Shown: positions 1 through 10,244 of the stretch, one piece after another
How positions within the stretch are numbered: the stretch's first letter is position 1
How the letters are laid out: each line of letters starts with the position of its first letter
Source: Candidatus Actinomarina sp.
GTDB taxonomy: Bacteria; Actinomycetota; Acidimicrobiia; Actinomarinales; Actinomarinaceae
Assembly: GCA_016777845.1 (NCBI GenBank)
Contig: JADHQS010000002.1
Coordinates: forward strand, 1-49,513
Direction of reading: 5' to 3'
DNA length: 49,513 bases
The notes under the pieces: model-generated
What the model saw: the letters and a program-made list of their open reading frames with translations, nothing else
The model's database searches: none
What the model was told of the DNA's origin: nothing
Translations under genes and position numbers: made by a program

Positions 1-92
1 GTTTTGGTCCAAGACCAAACAGAAGAGTCAAAGAGTCAAGTGAATATGAGAATAATGGAGGTGACGGTCTTCCTGATTTTATTAAAGGATGA
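1..92 (+). CDS. ftsZ: FtsZ, C-terminal end only (5' truncated by the window edge)
   Basis: The frame is open from the window edge and ends ...EYENNGGDGLPDFIKG* (TGA 90-92). This is a Gly/acidic linker followed by a D-x-P-D-F-I-K type C-terminal peptide. It lies directly upstream of pgeF-yggS-sepF-yggT, as in actinobacterial dcw clusters. Only about 30 codons are visible. Confidence 0.55.
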   Translation, partial: FGPRPNRRVKESSEYENNGGDGLPDFIKG

Positions 93-676
93 TCGAATCA
101 AAATTAATTCCTAATGCTTTTTTTTCAGATAAAAGTGTTGAGTCTGTAGACAATTTAAAAGACAATGTAGGTATTAAATTCATTGCGTCAATGAATCAGA
201 CTCATTCAAATGTAGTCACTTTAGTGAAATCACCAAGAGTATATGATTCTGATGGGATTTATACAGAAAAGCCAAAATTAGGATTATTAGTTCAAACTGC
301 TGACTGCATGCCAATTCTTTTAATTGATAATAAAAGAATAGGCGCCATTCATTCTGGGTGGAGAGGCCTAAAGAATAATATAGTAGAAAAAGCAATCAAA
401 AAATTTGATGTAAATCAATTATCAATTTCTATTGGCCCACATGCACAGTCGTGTTGCTATGAAATTAAAGAGAACGTCAAAAAGTACTTTAATGACTATA
501 CCGAAGTACGAGATGATATGTTCTTTTTAAATATGTCACAAGTCTTGAAAGATTTATCAGAAGAGCAAGGCTTTCAACTTGAAATATCATCTATTTGTAC
601 AATCTGTAACAGTTCTTACAACTCTTATAGAGAAAATAAAACTTCCAAAAGACAATTTGGTGTTATATGGAAGTAA
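89..676 (+). CDS. pgeF: Peptidoglycan editing factor PgeF / YfiH (DUF152, laccase-domain) family protein
   Basis: Motifs QTHSNVV, VQTADCMPILL, IHSGWRG, CCYEI and a C-terminal CTICN are present. There is an ATGA overlap with the ftsZ stop. Its dcw-cluster position is conserved. At 195 aa it is shorter than typical family members. Confidence 0.8.
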   Translation: MIESKLIPNAFFSDKSVESVDNLKDNVGIKFIASMNQTHSNVVTLVKSPRVYDSDGIYTEKPKLGLLVQTADCMPILLIDNKRIGAIHSGWRGLKNNIVEKAIKKFDVNQLSISIGPHAQSCCYEIKENVKKYFNDYTEVRDDMFFLNMSQVLKDLSEEQGFQLEISSICTICNSSYNSYRENKTSKRQFGVIWK

Positions 677-1278
677 GTAACTTAGAGTTAATTAATTTAA
701 AAGTTGTGTCTTATGGTGCAAAACTTTTACCAGTAGTAAAGAAAAGGACAAACGAAGAAATAAAATTTTTGTATGAATTTGGATTTAGAGAATTTGGCGA
801 AAATAGATTATCAGACTTCAATATACACAAAACATTTTATAAAGATGTTGATTATCATTTTATTGCTCCAATACAATCGAGAAAACTTAAAGAAATTCTT
901 AAAAACTTTAAATACATACATACAATTTCTCGAAAAAAAGAAATCGATATTTTAGAAAAACAAGACACTAACTGTAATTATTTTATTCAAGTAAACATTG
1001 ACAACGATCCAAAAAAAAATGGAGTACCTAAAAATGAAGTCTTTAATTTTTATGAATATTGCATCGAGAAAAAAATAAATGCAGTAGGTTTAATGACAAT
1101 CCCTGATATAAATTCTGAGCCAGAGACTGTTTTTTCTGAAATGCGGCAGATAAATGAAAAATTAATGATGGATTATGGTTTTAAAGGTGAACTATCAATG
1201 GGTATGTCTAACGATTATGAGATAGCACTTGATTACGGTGCTACAATAGTTCGTATAGGAAGTAAACTATTTAAATAA
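667..1278 (+). CDS. yggS: YggS-family pyridoxal-phosphate-binding protein (YlmE)
   Basis: It has GENRLSDF near the N-terminus and LSMGMSNDYEIALDYGATIVRIGSKLF at the C-terminus. It sits between pgeF and sepF. Confidence 0.85.
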   Translation: MEVSNLELINLKVVSYGAKLLPVVKKRTNEEIKFLYEFGFREFGENRLSDFNIHKTFYKDVDYHFIAPIQSRKLKEILKNFKYIHTISRKKEIDILEKQDTNCNYFIQVNIDNDPKKNGVPKNEVFNFYEYCIEKKINAVGLMTIPDINSEPETVFSEMRQINEKLMMDYGFKGELSMGMSNDYEIALDYGATIVRIGSKLFK

Positions 1279-1715
1279 TGTTAGAAAAATTTCTTATCTC
1301 GATCGGATTAAAGCAGCCCGAGTCTGTTGAGGAAAGTGCTTCAACCCAAAAATCTACTGTCAGGCCATCTGGAGAAAATAGGTTTATAAATGATGAAAAA
1401 ATTGGAGACATTAAGGTCCATTCACCTAAAGATGAAGTAGAAATTAAAGCTTTAAGATCATTTTCTGAAATTCATAATTTAGGAGTTGCTATAAAAGACG
1501 AATTTATAGTTGCAATGGATATCAGAGACATCCCAGATCAACAAGAGAGAAGAAGAATTTTAGATTTTGTAACAGGAATGGCTTTCATGAGCAACTCAAC
1601 CATAAGATCTATAAATCGTGATGGTGTTTTCTTAATACTCCCATCAAACTCTTCATTGAGTTCTACTGAACGAGAAAGACTTCAAGATTTAGGATTATAT
1701 AAAATAAATGTGTAG
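1278..1715 (+). CDS. sepF: Cell division protein SepF
   Basis: The C-terminal SepF domain is present (PKDEVEIKALRSFSEI..., DIRDIPDQQERRRILDFVTGMAF). The start overlaps the yggS stop (TAATG). Synteny with yggS and yggT is conserved. Confidence 0.85.
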   Translation: MLEKFLISIGLKQPESVEESASTQKSTVRPSGENRFINDEKIGDIKVHSPKDEVEIKALRSFSEIHNLGVAIKDEFIVAMDIRDIPDQQERRRILDFVTGMAFMSNSTIRSINRDGVFLILPSNSSLSSTERERLQDLGLYKINV

Positions 1716-1974
1716 TATCACATATTTATTATTTCGATTATTTTACTACTCCCTTTTTGCATGGATAATTCTAAGTTGGATTCAGGTACCATATGATCAT
1801 CCTATTGGTCAAATAAAAAGCGTGTTAGATAAATACTTTGAAAGAATACTTGCACCAATTAGATCTAGAATTCCTGCATTACGAATAGGTATGGCTGGGA
1901 TTGATTTGTCGCCACTAATTCTTATTGTTGGATTTAATTTTATTCAACCGTATATATTAAGAGTTGTCTGTTGA
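1708..1974 (+). CDS. yggT: YggT-family membrane protein
   Basis: This 88-aa protein has two TM segments with the YggT-like pattern (ILSWIQVPYDHP..., DLSPLILIVG). It follows sepF, as in actinobacterial and firmicute dcw clusters. Confidence 0.75.
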   Translation: MCSITYLLFRLFYYSLFAWIILSWIQVPYDHPIGQIKSVLDKYFERILAPIRSRIPALRIGMAGIDLSPLILIVGFNFIQPYILRVVC

Positions 1975-4900
1975 TTTTTCTATAGAAAAATCTAAAAATC
2001 TATCATAAACTTTGTTCTTGGAAGATTCTTTCTTAGTAATCAAATCCAAAGTAAGTGTTTCATTTGTGATGTATTTTGAAAAATTTGTTATAGTCTCGTG
2101 AACAAACTCGTCTTCAGATGAAATCGTCAATTTTATTCTATCTGTAACATCAAGTCCTTGGTTTTTTCTTTCTTTTTGGATATGTGAAACTAGCTCACGT
2201 GAGAGCCTTTCCATTAGTAAAGACTCATTTAGTTCAGTATCGAGTAATAAACTAAAATTCTCAACTATATCTAATCCCGCGACATCTTTCTTTTTCTTTA
2301 ACTTAATATCAATATCCTCTACTTTTACATTTAAATTGTCAATAACAATAGAGTCTTGATCCAATAAAGATTTTTTTTGATCTTCCGTAATATTGGAGAG
2401 ATATTTTGATACTTTGTTTATGTCTTTACCCAAAGTTGGACCAAGAGCTTCGAAATTTGGTTTAAACTCGTAATCAATCCAATCTTCAATATTTTTATCA
2501 ATGTTAATCTCTTTTACATTGACTTCATTCATTATTAGGTCTTCTATAATTTTTAGTTGACTACTTATATTTTCACTGTCTGAAATGACAGTAATAGAGT
2601 TTAAAGGTTGTTTATTTGGAAGCTTTAATTTGACCCTTAAATTTCTAACACTTTTAATTATCTTCTTGGCAAGCTCAACACTTTCTTCTAAATCTTTATC
2701 AATTAACTTAGGATTTGATTCAGGATAATCACAATAATGTATACTCGTATTTTCTTTATCAATTAAACCCTGATATATTTTTTCGCAAATAAATGGGAGA
2801 ACAGGAGCCATAGCTTTATTAAAATCAAGTAATACTTCATGTAAAGTTTTGAATGCATTAATTTTATCAATATCATCAATACCTTTTTCTTTCCAAAATC
2901 TTTTTCTATTAGAACGAACATACCAATTGGTTAATTCATCAACAAAGTTCATAAGTGGGGGGATTACTTCATAAAGATAATAATTTTCCATCTTTTCATT
3001 TACTGTTTTAATTAAAGATTGCAGTGATGAAATTATCCATCTATCCATTACACTTCTTTCCTCGACAGGAAGTGCTTTCAGTAAATCTTTATTTGAAATT
3101 TCATCAGCATTTGCATAAGTTGAAAGAAATGAATAGCTGTTCCAGAGTGGAAGTATGATATTTCTAGTTACTAACTTTACTCCCTCTTCCGAGAATTTTA
3201 GTGGTTCCCCTCTAACTACAGGTGAGTCGATTAAGTAGGCTCTTAAACTATCACCACCATATTCATTTAATAGAACCTCAGGATCTGGATAGTTCTTTAA
3301 ACTTTTACTCATTTTCCTGCCATCTTCAGCTAGTATCATTCCAGTTGTAATGCAGTTCTTAAAGGCTACGGAGTCAAACAATGCTACAGCAAGAACAGTA
3401 AGCGTATAGAACCAGCCTCTTGTTTGATCTAGACCTTCGGCAATAAAATCAGCAGGAAACCCTTGCTTGAAAAGTTCTTCATTCTCAAACGGATAGTGTT
3501 GTTGGCCATAAGGCATCGCACCTGATTCAAACCAACAATCTAATACTTCCGAAGTTCTTTTATAAATTTTTCCTTCTTTTTCAATAATTAGGTCATCTAA
3601 ATAATGACGATGCAAGTCAGTAACTTCTTTTCCAGTTAAGTTTTGTAATTCTTCAACAGAACCTATACATAATTTATCGTCAGGGTCATCTACATTTACC
3701 CAGACTGGAATACAACTTCCCCAATATCTATTTCTACTTATTGCCCAATCTCTAGCATTTCCTAACCAGTTGGAGAATCTTTTTTCTCCAATAAATCCCG
3801 GTACCCAGTGAGTTTCTTTATTAAGCTCAACCATTCTCTCACGTATTTTTTCAACATTAACAAACCAGGTAGGAATAGCTTTATAGATCAGTGGTGTCCC
3901 TGTTCTCCAGCAGAAAGGATAAGAATGAATCTCAGTTTTTTGACTAAACAAATTACCTCTTTCTTTTAATTGGGTCATTATTATTGAGTCAGCATCTTTT
4001 ACATTTAAGCCTTCCAACTCTTTAAAAGTATTGTCAAATTTACCAGAGAGAGTTACTGGGTCGGCTATTACATCTATTCCGGAATTTTTAAGTGCGTAAA
4101 AATCACTTTCTCCGTAAGCAGGCGCTTGAGAAACTAAGCCAGATCCAGAATCAGTGTTTGTATCATCACTATGAATTAATCTAAATGCACCATCAGAATA
4201 TAGATTTTTATATTCATCATATGCCGGGATATATGATGAACCAATAAGTTCACTTCCATTACATGATGATATTATTTCTATTTCAAACTCTTCTAGTTCC
4301 GCAAGCCTTTGAGAAGCAATCCAGTAAAACTCATCATTTAAACTGACACGGGAGTATTCGATATCTTTACCAACAGCAATAGCTAAGTTACCTGGAATAC
4401 ACCATGGGGTAGTTGTCCAAACTAAAAATTTATCACCTTTTTTTATACTATTGAAATCTTCTCTCGCATTAAGAGTAAAGTATATTGAAGGATCTTCAAC
4501 ATCTCTATAATCCATATTTGCTTCAAAATTAGATATCGGGGTAGAAGCAGCCCATGAGTAAGGTAAAACTTTATAGTCCTGGTAGATTAAGTTTTTTTCC
4601 CATAGTTCTTTAAAAACCCACCAGACACTTTCCATAAAGTCGATGTCCATTGTTTTATAATCATTTTCAAAATCAACCCACCTACCAATTTTTCTTGTAA
4701 TTTTTTCCCAGTTTTCAGTGTTAGTTTGTACCTGAGTTCTACAAGCTTCATTAAATTTACCAATACCATATTCATCAATTTGCTGAGGATCTTCTAAATT
4801 AAGATTTTTCTGAACTTCCATTTCAATTGGTAATCCATGAACGTCCCAACCAAAGCGCCTCTCAACATAATAACCTCGCATAGTCCAGTACCTGGGGACA

Positions 4901-5100
4901 ATATCTTTTATTACCCCAGCTAATAGATTTCCATAATGAGGACTTCCAGTTGGAAATGGTGGTCCATCATAAAATCTAAAAATCTTGTCATTTTTTCGAT
5001 TGTTTAAAGATGTTTGGAAAGCATCGATTTCATCCCAATAGTTTGAGATTTCGTTCTCTACTTGAGGTAAATTTATGTTGTTCTCAACCCTTTTAAACAT
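1957..5100 (-). CDS. ileS: Isoleucine--tRNA ligase (type 2, actinobacterial/eukaryote-like)
   Basis: It has the HIGH-type motif (SPHYGNLLAG), KMSKS, and an editing domain. The ORF track extends to 5148, but I prefer ATG 5100 (MFKRVENNINLPQVENEISNYWDEIDAF), which matches conserved IleS N-termini. A TAAAAT hexamer lies 8 nt upstream of ATG 5100, inside the longer ORF. Confidence 0.95.
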   Translation of the reverse strand: MFKRVENNINLPQVENEISNYWDEIDAFQTSLNNRKNDKIFRFYDGPPFPTGSPHYGNLLAGVIKDIVPRYWTMRGYYVERRFGWDVHGLPIEMEVQKNLNLEDPQQIDEYGIGKFNEACRTQVQTNTENWEKITRKIGRWVDFENDYKTMDIDFMESVWWVFKELWEKNLIYQDYKVLPYSWAASTPISNFEANMDYRDVEDPSIYFTLNAREDFNSIKKGDKFLVWTTTPWCIPGNLAIAVGKDIEYSRVSLNDEFYWIASQRLAELEEFEIEIISSCNGSELIGSSYIPAYDEYKNLYSDGAFRLIHSDDTNTDSGSGLVSQAPAYGESDFYALKNSGIDVIADPVTLSGKFDNTFKELEGLNVKDADSIIMTQLKERGNLFSQKTEIHSYPFCWRTGTPLIYKAIPTWFVNVEKIRERMVELNKETHWVPGFIGEKRFSNWLGNARDWAISRNRYWGSCIPVWVNVDDPDDKLCIGSVEELQNLTGKEVTDLHRHYLDDLIIEKEGKIYKRTSEVLDCWFESGAMPYGQQHYPFENEELFKQGFPADFIAEGLDQTRGWFYTLTVLAVALFDSVAFKNCITTGMILAEDGRKMSKSLKNYPDPEVLLNEYGGDSLRAYLIDSPVVRGEPLKFSEEGVKLVTRNIILPLWNSYSFLSTYANADEISNKDLLKALPVEERSVMDRWIISSLQSLIKTVNEKMENYYLYEVIPPLMNFVDELTNWYVRSNRKRFWKEKGIDDIDKINAFKTLHEVLLDFNKAMAPVLPFICEKIYQGLIDKENTSIHYCDYPESNPKLIDKDLEESVELAKKIIKSVRNLRVKLKLPNKQPLNSITVISDSENISSQLKIIEDLIMNEVNVKEINIDKNIEDWIDYEFKPNFEALGPTLGKDINKVSKYLSNITEDQKKSLLDQDSIVIDNLNVKVEDIDIKLKKKKDVAGLDIVENFSLLLDTELNESLLMERLSRELVSHIQKERKNQGLDVTDRIKLTISSEDEFVHETITNFSKYITNETLTLDLITKKESSKNKVYDRFLDFSIEKSTDNS

Positions 5101-5220
5101 ATCATTAGATTTTATAGTGTTTCTAGTGCAATTTGTGCCAATAAACAAAGTTTTAAATATTTATAAATTTCTATATTTTGTCCAAAAAATAGCTAATATA
5201 CATTCATTAATAAAATTAAT

Positions 5221-5598
5221 ATGGCAAGAAAACTTTCAACAAATACAATAAATAAGTTCAAAAAAAAGCTTTTAGCTGAGAAAGACCAACTTACTCAAAT
5301 TCTTGAACATCATCAACAAGAAAGAGAAAATATTAGATTATCCGAAGCGTCTGCTGAAAGAAGTCCAGACCCAACCTCCGCTGACGGCGGGTCAATGGCT
5401 TTTGAACTAGAAAAAGAGCTCACACTTGATGAAAATACACGACATTTATTAAACAAGGTAGAGCATGCACTAGTTTTAATCAAAAAAAAGAAATACGGAA
5501 ATTGCGAAAATTGCGGTGAGCCGATTCCTATTGCAAGGTTAGAAGCTCTACCTTATTCAAGTCTCTGTAAAAATTGTGCAGCATTAATTGAATCTTAG
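5221..5598 (+). CDS. TraR/DksA-family C4 zinc-finger protein
   Basis: It has a coiled-coil N-terminus and the C-terminal motif CENCGEPIPIARLEALPYSSLCKNC. It lies upstream of lspA, as in Streptomyces and Mycobacterium. Confidence 0.8.
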   Translation: MARKLSTNTINKFKKKLLAEKDQLTQILEHHQQERENIRLSEASAERSPDPTSADGGSMAFELEKELTLDENTRHLLNKVEHALVLIKKKKYGNCENCGEPIPIARLEALPYSSLCKNCAALIES

Positions 5599-6046
5599 TA
5601 AGTTTTTCTTGCCATATATATTTACAACACTTTTAGCTACCTTAGATTTATTTACTAAATATTTAATTCGAAAAAACAACATTCAGGAATATGTTGTAAT
5701 TGAAGATATCTTGACAATTGATTTAACTTACAACACGGGAATTGCTTTTGGTTTGTTAAGCGATTACACAATTTTTACATATATATTGTCAATTTTTGTA
5801 TTTACTTGGTTAGTTTTCCAAATTCGTGATATTAAAGAACTAAATTTAGAAAAGTTATCTTTAATATTAATTCTTTCTGGGGCAGTTGGAAATTTAGGTG
5901 AGCGAGGGTGGAATTTAATTACTAACAATGATGGAAAAGTAACAGATTTTGTTGAATTGCTATTTATTCCGAGTTTCAATCTTGCTGATACATATATATC
6001 AATTGGTATAGTGTTGTTACTATATTCGGAGATAAAAAAAGATTAA
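5588..6046 (+). CDS. lspA: Lipoprotein signal peptidase (signal peptidase II)
   Basis: It has four TM segments and the motifs NTGIAFG and FNLADTYISIG. It starts with TTG and overlaps the upstream gene by 11 nt. Confidence 0.85.
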   Translation: MNLSKFFLPYIFTTLLATLDLFTKYLIRKNNIQEYVVIEDILTIDLTYNTGIAFGLLSDYTIFTYILSIFVFTWLVFQIRDIKELNLEKLSLILILSGAVGNLGERGWNLITNNDGKVTDFVELLFIPSFNLADTYISIGIVLLLYSEIKKD

Positions 6047-6071
6047 TACAGAAATAGTTTTTGAAAACGAT

Positions 6072-6704
6072 TTGTTTGTTATTTTAAACAAACCCCATGG
6101 TTTACTTGTACACCCAACAAACTCTTCGGAAGAGTATACTCTAAGAGATTTTTTGATTGAAAATTACAATATTAGTGAAGTTGGAGAGTATAAAAGAGAA
6201 GGCATTGTACATCGATTAGATAGGGTTACATCTGGACTTATAGTTTGTCCAATTAAAACTGAATCTTTCATTCAACTTCAAGCAGATTTTCAAAAAAGAA
6301 AAATTAAAAAAAAGTATAAAGCAATTGTTCAAGGTTCTTTAAGAAGTAAATCTGGTGAGATCAACCTCCCTTTGATTCATTCACAAAATAATAGAAGAAA
6401 AAGAGAAGTTGGAAAGAATGGAAGAGAGGCAATTACCAAATACAATACTATCTCCAAAACAGATTCTCATACTTTGTTAGATATTGATTTAATAACAGGT
6501 AGGAACCATCAGATTAGAGCACATTTTGAATATTTAAAGACACCAATAGTAAACGACACTCTCTATGGTGCAAAAAAAGTAGATGAATTAAATCAAAACA
6601 CAATTTGTTTGCAGTCTTACAATATTGAATTCAAATTGTTTGATAAAGATTATAAATTTTCAATTAATGAACCAGATTATTTTACTTCTATAATGAACAT
6701 GTAA
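6072..6704 (+). CDS. RluA-family pseudouridine synthase (RluD-like, no S4 domain)
   Basis: Motifs ILNKPHGLLVHP, HRLDRVTSGL (catalytic Asp) and GRNHQIRAHF are present. The frame opens only at 6036 (TAA at 6033-6035), so there is no room for an N-terminal S4 domain. TTG 6072 is the first conventional start. Confidence 0.85.
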   Translation: MFVILNKPHGLLVHPTNSSEEYTLRDFLIENYNISEVGEYKREGIVHRLDRVTSGLIVCPIKTESFIQLQADFQKRKIKKKYKAIVQGSLRSKSGEINLPLIHSQNNRRKREVGKNGREAITKYNTISKTDSHTLLDIDLITGRNHQIRAHFEYLKTPIVNDTLYGAKKVDELNQNTICLQSYNIEFKLFDKDYKFSINEPDYFTSIMNM

Positions 6705-6720
6705 TTTTTTTAAAAAACTT

Positions 6721-6726
6721 TACAAT
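6721..6726 (+). promoter_or_regulatory. Candidate -10 box TACAAT, 6 nt upstream of the dnaE ATG (leaderless design)
   Basis: I read TACAAT-tgattt-ATG(6733) directly. There is no SD in the spacer. Confidence 0.35.
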
Positions 6727-6732
6727 TGATTT

Positions 6733-9700
6733 ATGAGTAAATCCTTTGTACATCTTCATGCGCATACTGAGTATTCAATGCTTGATGGCGCAGCAAAAAT
6801 AAATGATTACCTTAAGAAGGTAAAGGAGTTAAACCAACCAGCTGCAGCGATTACTGACCACGGCAATCTTTATGGAGCATTAGAATTTGTTCGTCAAGCA
6901 GAATCATTAGATATTAAACCAATTATAGGTTATGAAGCATATATAACTCCAGGCTCAAGATTTGACAGACCTGACAGGGACAAAAATAAAAGATATCACC
7001 TTACCCTATTGGCAGAAAATAATATAGGATATCAAAATTTAGTAGAATTAGCCAGCAAAGCATATCTAGAAGGTTTTTATTATAAACCACGACTTGATTA
7101 TGACTTATTAAGAGAACATGCGGAGGGAATAATTGCTTTATCAGGATGTCTTGGAGGTGAAGTAGCACAACATTTGGCACCAGATGGTTCTAGAGAAGAG
7201 GGAAATACTGCAAATGAAAAAAGTTTCGAAAAAGCTTTAGAAAAAGCAAAAAATTATCAAGACATATTTGGAAAAGATAATTTTTTTATAGAGCTACATA
7301 ACCATGGCATACCACAACAGATACAAATTTTAGATGACTTGGTAAAAATATCCACAGAGTTAGGAGCACCTCTTGTTGCAGCTAATGATTCCCATTATGT
7401 TGCAAAAACAGACTCTTCAGCGCACGATGCTTTACTTTGTGTACAGACAAATGCAACTATGGAGGATGAAAATAGATTCAAATTTGAAGGTGAGGAATTT
7501 TATGTAAAGTCATCTGAAGAGATGCGGATGTTATTTCCTGATGATAGATTTCCTGAAGCTTGTAATAATACTTTAAAAATTTCTGACAGGATTCAATATG
7601 AATTTGCTTTTGATCAAGATTACCTCCCCGATTTTCCAATCAATGATGATTCTACGAGTGTTGAAGAATATCTAAGAAATAAAGTTCTAATTGGAGCACA
7701 AGAGAAATATAAAGATGTCAGCAAAGAGGTAAGTGAGAGAATTGATTACGAACTTGAAGTAATTAACTCTATGGGGTTTGCTTCATATTTTTTAATTGTT
7801 GGAGACTTAATTGAATTTGCAAAGTCAAAAAAAATTAGAACTGGTGCTGGAAGAGGTTCAGCAGCTGGTTCGATAGTTTCGTACTGTCTGGGTATAACTG
7901 GAATTGAACCATTAAAATATGGATTAATTTTTGAAAGGTTTTTAAATAAGGGAAGGAAGTCACTTCCTGATATTGATATGGACTTTGATGAAAGATATCG
8001 TGGAGATGTTATTCAGTATGCTATTGATAAATATGGCCAAGACAGAGTTGCACATATAGTCACATTTGCAACTATCAAAGCAAAACAAGCAATAAGAGAT
8101 GCAGCAAGAGTTCTAGGCTTGCCATTCTCAAGTGGTGATAAAGTAGCAAAAATGATGCCACCTATGATTCTTGGAAACACTGCCACTTTATCTGAATGTT
8201 TAAATCTTGATGAAAATAATGAAAGTGGTTATAGCAAAGAGTTTTACTCTGCATCAGAAGAATTAAGAAAACAATATTCTGATGATCAAGAAGTTAAAAA
8301 AATAATTGATATAGCGCTTGGTTTAGAAGGTTTGAGGCGTCAAGACGGGATACATGCAGCAGCAATTGTAATATCACCTGACAAAATTACTAATTTTCTC
8401 CCAGTACAAAGAAAAGGAGAAAATGCAGAAATAGTAACACAGTATGAAATGCATACAGTTGAAAAATTAGGTCTTTTAAAAATGGACTTTTTAGGTTTGA
8501 GAAACTTATCAATTGTAGATAGAACCTTAGAGTTAATTGGTGATGAAAATTTAGATATTGATAATTTAGATCTACAAGATGATAAAACTTTCAAATTATT
8601 TTCAGAAGGCAGGATGACTGGAGTGTTTCAGCTAGAAAGCAGGGTTGCTCAGTCAGTATCCAGAAGTCTAAACCCAAAGCGATTTGAAGATATCGTTGCT
8701 TTAGTTGCATTAATAAGACCAGGACCGCTTGGTGCTGGAATGCATATTGAATTTACTGATCGTGCAAACTCTCGTAAAGAAATTGAATATTTACATCCAG
8801 ATTTAGAGGTCGTATTGAGTGAGACTTACGGAGTAATTCTTTATCAAGAGCAAGTTATGCAGATTGCTGAAAAAATTGCAGGATTTAATTTACAGGAAGC
8901 AGACAATTTAAGGGTTGCAATGGGTAAAAAAATTCCACAAGTTATGGAAGAACAACGTAAAAAATTTACTGAAGGTTCTTTAAAAAGTGGATATTCTGAG
9001 CAATTTGCAATAGAACTATTTGACCAAATAGCATATTTTGCAGGTTATGGATTTAATAAAAGTCATTCAGTACCTTATGCACTGCTTGCTTATCAAACTG
9101 CCTATTTAAAAGCCAACTATCCTGCTGAATATATTGCTGCTTCATTAACTGCCGTGAAAAGGGATAAAGACAGAACAGCAATATTTCTTTCTGAAGCTAG
9201 AGAACTGGGAGTCAAGGTGTCAACTCCAGACATAAACAGAAGTGCTTCAGATTTTACTGTTAACGGTAACGAAATACTCTTTGGGTTATCTGCTGTAAGA
9301 AATGTAGGGGATTTAACTTCGGAAAAAATTGTTTTAGAAAGAAATGAAAATGGAATCTATAAATCAATTGAAGACTTTTTATCAAGAATAGACTCAAGAT
9401 CATTAAATAAAAGAGGCATAGAAGCTTTAGCACAAGGGGGAGGGTTTGATTTTTTTGGACATTCAAGAAAAGGAGTTTTTGATGCAATACCTGATTTAAT
9501 TGATGACGCCAAAAATCTTAAAAGTAAAAAAGCAAATAACCAAACTTCATTATTTGATTTGGATGATCAATCAGATAAATTAACCACTATTAAAGACACT
9601 GAATGGACTAAGAAAGAAAAACTAGAAAGAGAAAGAGAAATGTTAGGCTTTTTTGTTAGTGAAGACCCATTAGATGGGTATGGAGAGGTGTTTAAGTCTG

Positions 9701-10230
9701 AATCTTCCCACTCTATATTAGAGTTACAATCATTTGAAGAGGAAGAGGAACTAAATGTTGTAATTGCTGGTTTGATTTCCAATGTGCAAAAAAGAGTATC
9801 AAGAAGGGGAAACGCATGGATTCAATTTGATTTACAAGATACATCTGGATCTGTTGGCGTATTAATTTTTAATAAACTAGTGGATAAATACAATAGCAGC
9901 ATTGATGGTGAAATATATCTTAAGGTTTCAGGTACCTATGTAGGTGGTTCTGAAAACACTATTCGAGCAAGAGACATTGAAGTAATAGAGCCATCAAAAA
10001 TGGTTGAAGATTTAGACACTTCACCATTAAGAATATCTGTAACTGAGCAAAAATTAGATAAGAAAAATCTCATATTACTTAAAGAATTACTAGAGAAATA
10101 TCCGGGCCTCTCAAATGTTGAGTTAGAGGTCCATGGAGAACAAAACATAAAATTACTTGAATTGAAAGAAATAAAGGTTAAAAAAACTAATCAATTGAAA
10201 AATGAGATTAACACATTGCTTTCCAGTTAA
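6733..10230 (+). CDS. dnaE: DNA polymerase III alpha subunit
   Basis: This 1165-aa protein has a PHP domain (FVHLHAHTEYSMLDGA), the polymerase core (GRGSAAGS, PDIDMDF) and a C-terminal OB fold. No intein is present. Confidence 0.95.
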   Translation: MSKSFVHLHAHTEYSMLDGAAKINDYLKKVKELNQPAAAITDHGNLYGALEFVRQAESLDIKPIIGYEAYITPGSRFDRPDRDKNKRYHLTLLAENNIGYQNLVELASKAYLEGFYYKPRLDYDLLREHAEGIIALSGCLGGEVAQHLAPDGSREEGNTANEKSFEKALEKAKNYQDIFGKDNFFIELHNHGIPQQIQILDDLVKISTELGAPLVAANDSHYVAKTDSSAHDALLCVQTNATMEDENRFKFEGEEFYVKSSEEMRMLFPDDRFPEACNNTLKISDRIQYEFAFDQDYLPDFPINDDSTSVEEYLRNKVLIGAQEKYKDVSKEVSERIDYELEVINSMGFASYFLIVGDLIEFAKSKKIRTGAGRGSAAGSIVSYCLGITGIEPLKYGLIFERFLNKGRKSLPDIDMDFDERYRGDVIQYAIDKYGQDRVAHIVTFATIKAKQAIRDAARVLGLPFSSGDKVAKMMPPMILGNTATLSECLNLDENNESGYSKEFYSASEELRKQYSDDQEVKKIIDIALGLEGLRRQDGIHAAAIVISPDKITNFLPVQRKGENAEIVTQYEMHTVEKLGLLKMDFLGLRNLSIVDRTLELIGDENLDIDNLDLQDDKTFKLFSEGRMTGVFQLESRVAQSVSRSLNPKRFEDIVALVALIRPGPLGAGMHIEFTDRANSRKEIEYLHPDLEVVLSETYGVILYQEQVMQIAEKIAGFNLQEADNLRVAMGKKIPQVMEEQRKKFTEGSLKSGYSEQFAIELFDQIAYFAGYGFNKSHSVPYALLAYQTAYLKANYPAEYIAASLTAVKRDKDRTAIFLSEARELGVKVSTPDINRSASDFTVNGNEILFGLSAVRNVGDLTSEKIVLERNENGIYKSIEDFLSRIDSRSLNKRGIEALAQGGGFDFFGHSRKGVFDAIPDLIDDAKNLKSKKANNQTSLFDLDDQSDKLTTIKDTEWTKKEKLEREREMLGFFVSEDPLDGYGEVFKSESSHSILELQSFEEEEELNVVIAGLISNVQKRVSRRGNAWIQFDLQDTSGSVGVLIFNKLVDKYNSSIDGEIYLKVSGTYVGGSENTIRARDIEVIEPSKMVEDLDTSPLRISVTEQKLDKKNLILLKELLEKYPGLSNVELEVHGEQNIKLLELKEIKVKKTNQLKNEINTLLSS

Positions 10231-10244
10231 GTAAACTTATTAAT

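Noticed and set aside
5101-5220. A possible T-box leader upstream of ileS, since actinobacterial ileS genes often carry one.
   Set aside because: Only about 120 nt are available. I could not find the conserved T-box sequence (AGGGUGGUACCGCG-like) or a specifier or terminator-antiterminator fold on the minus strand. A -10-like box lies 8 nt from ATG 5100, which argues for a leaderless transcript. An Infernal scan with RF00230 would settle this.
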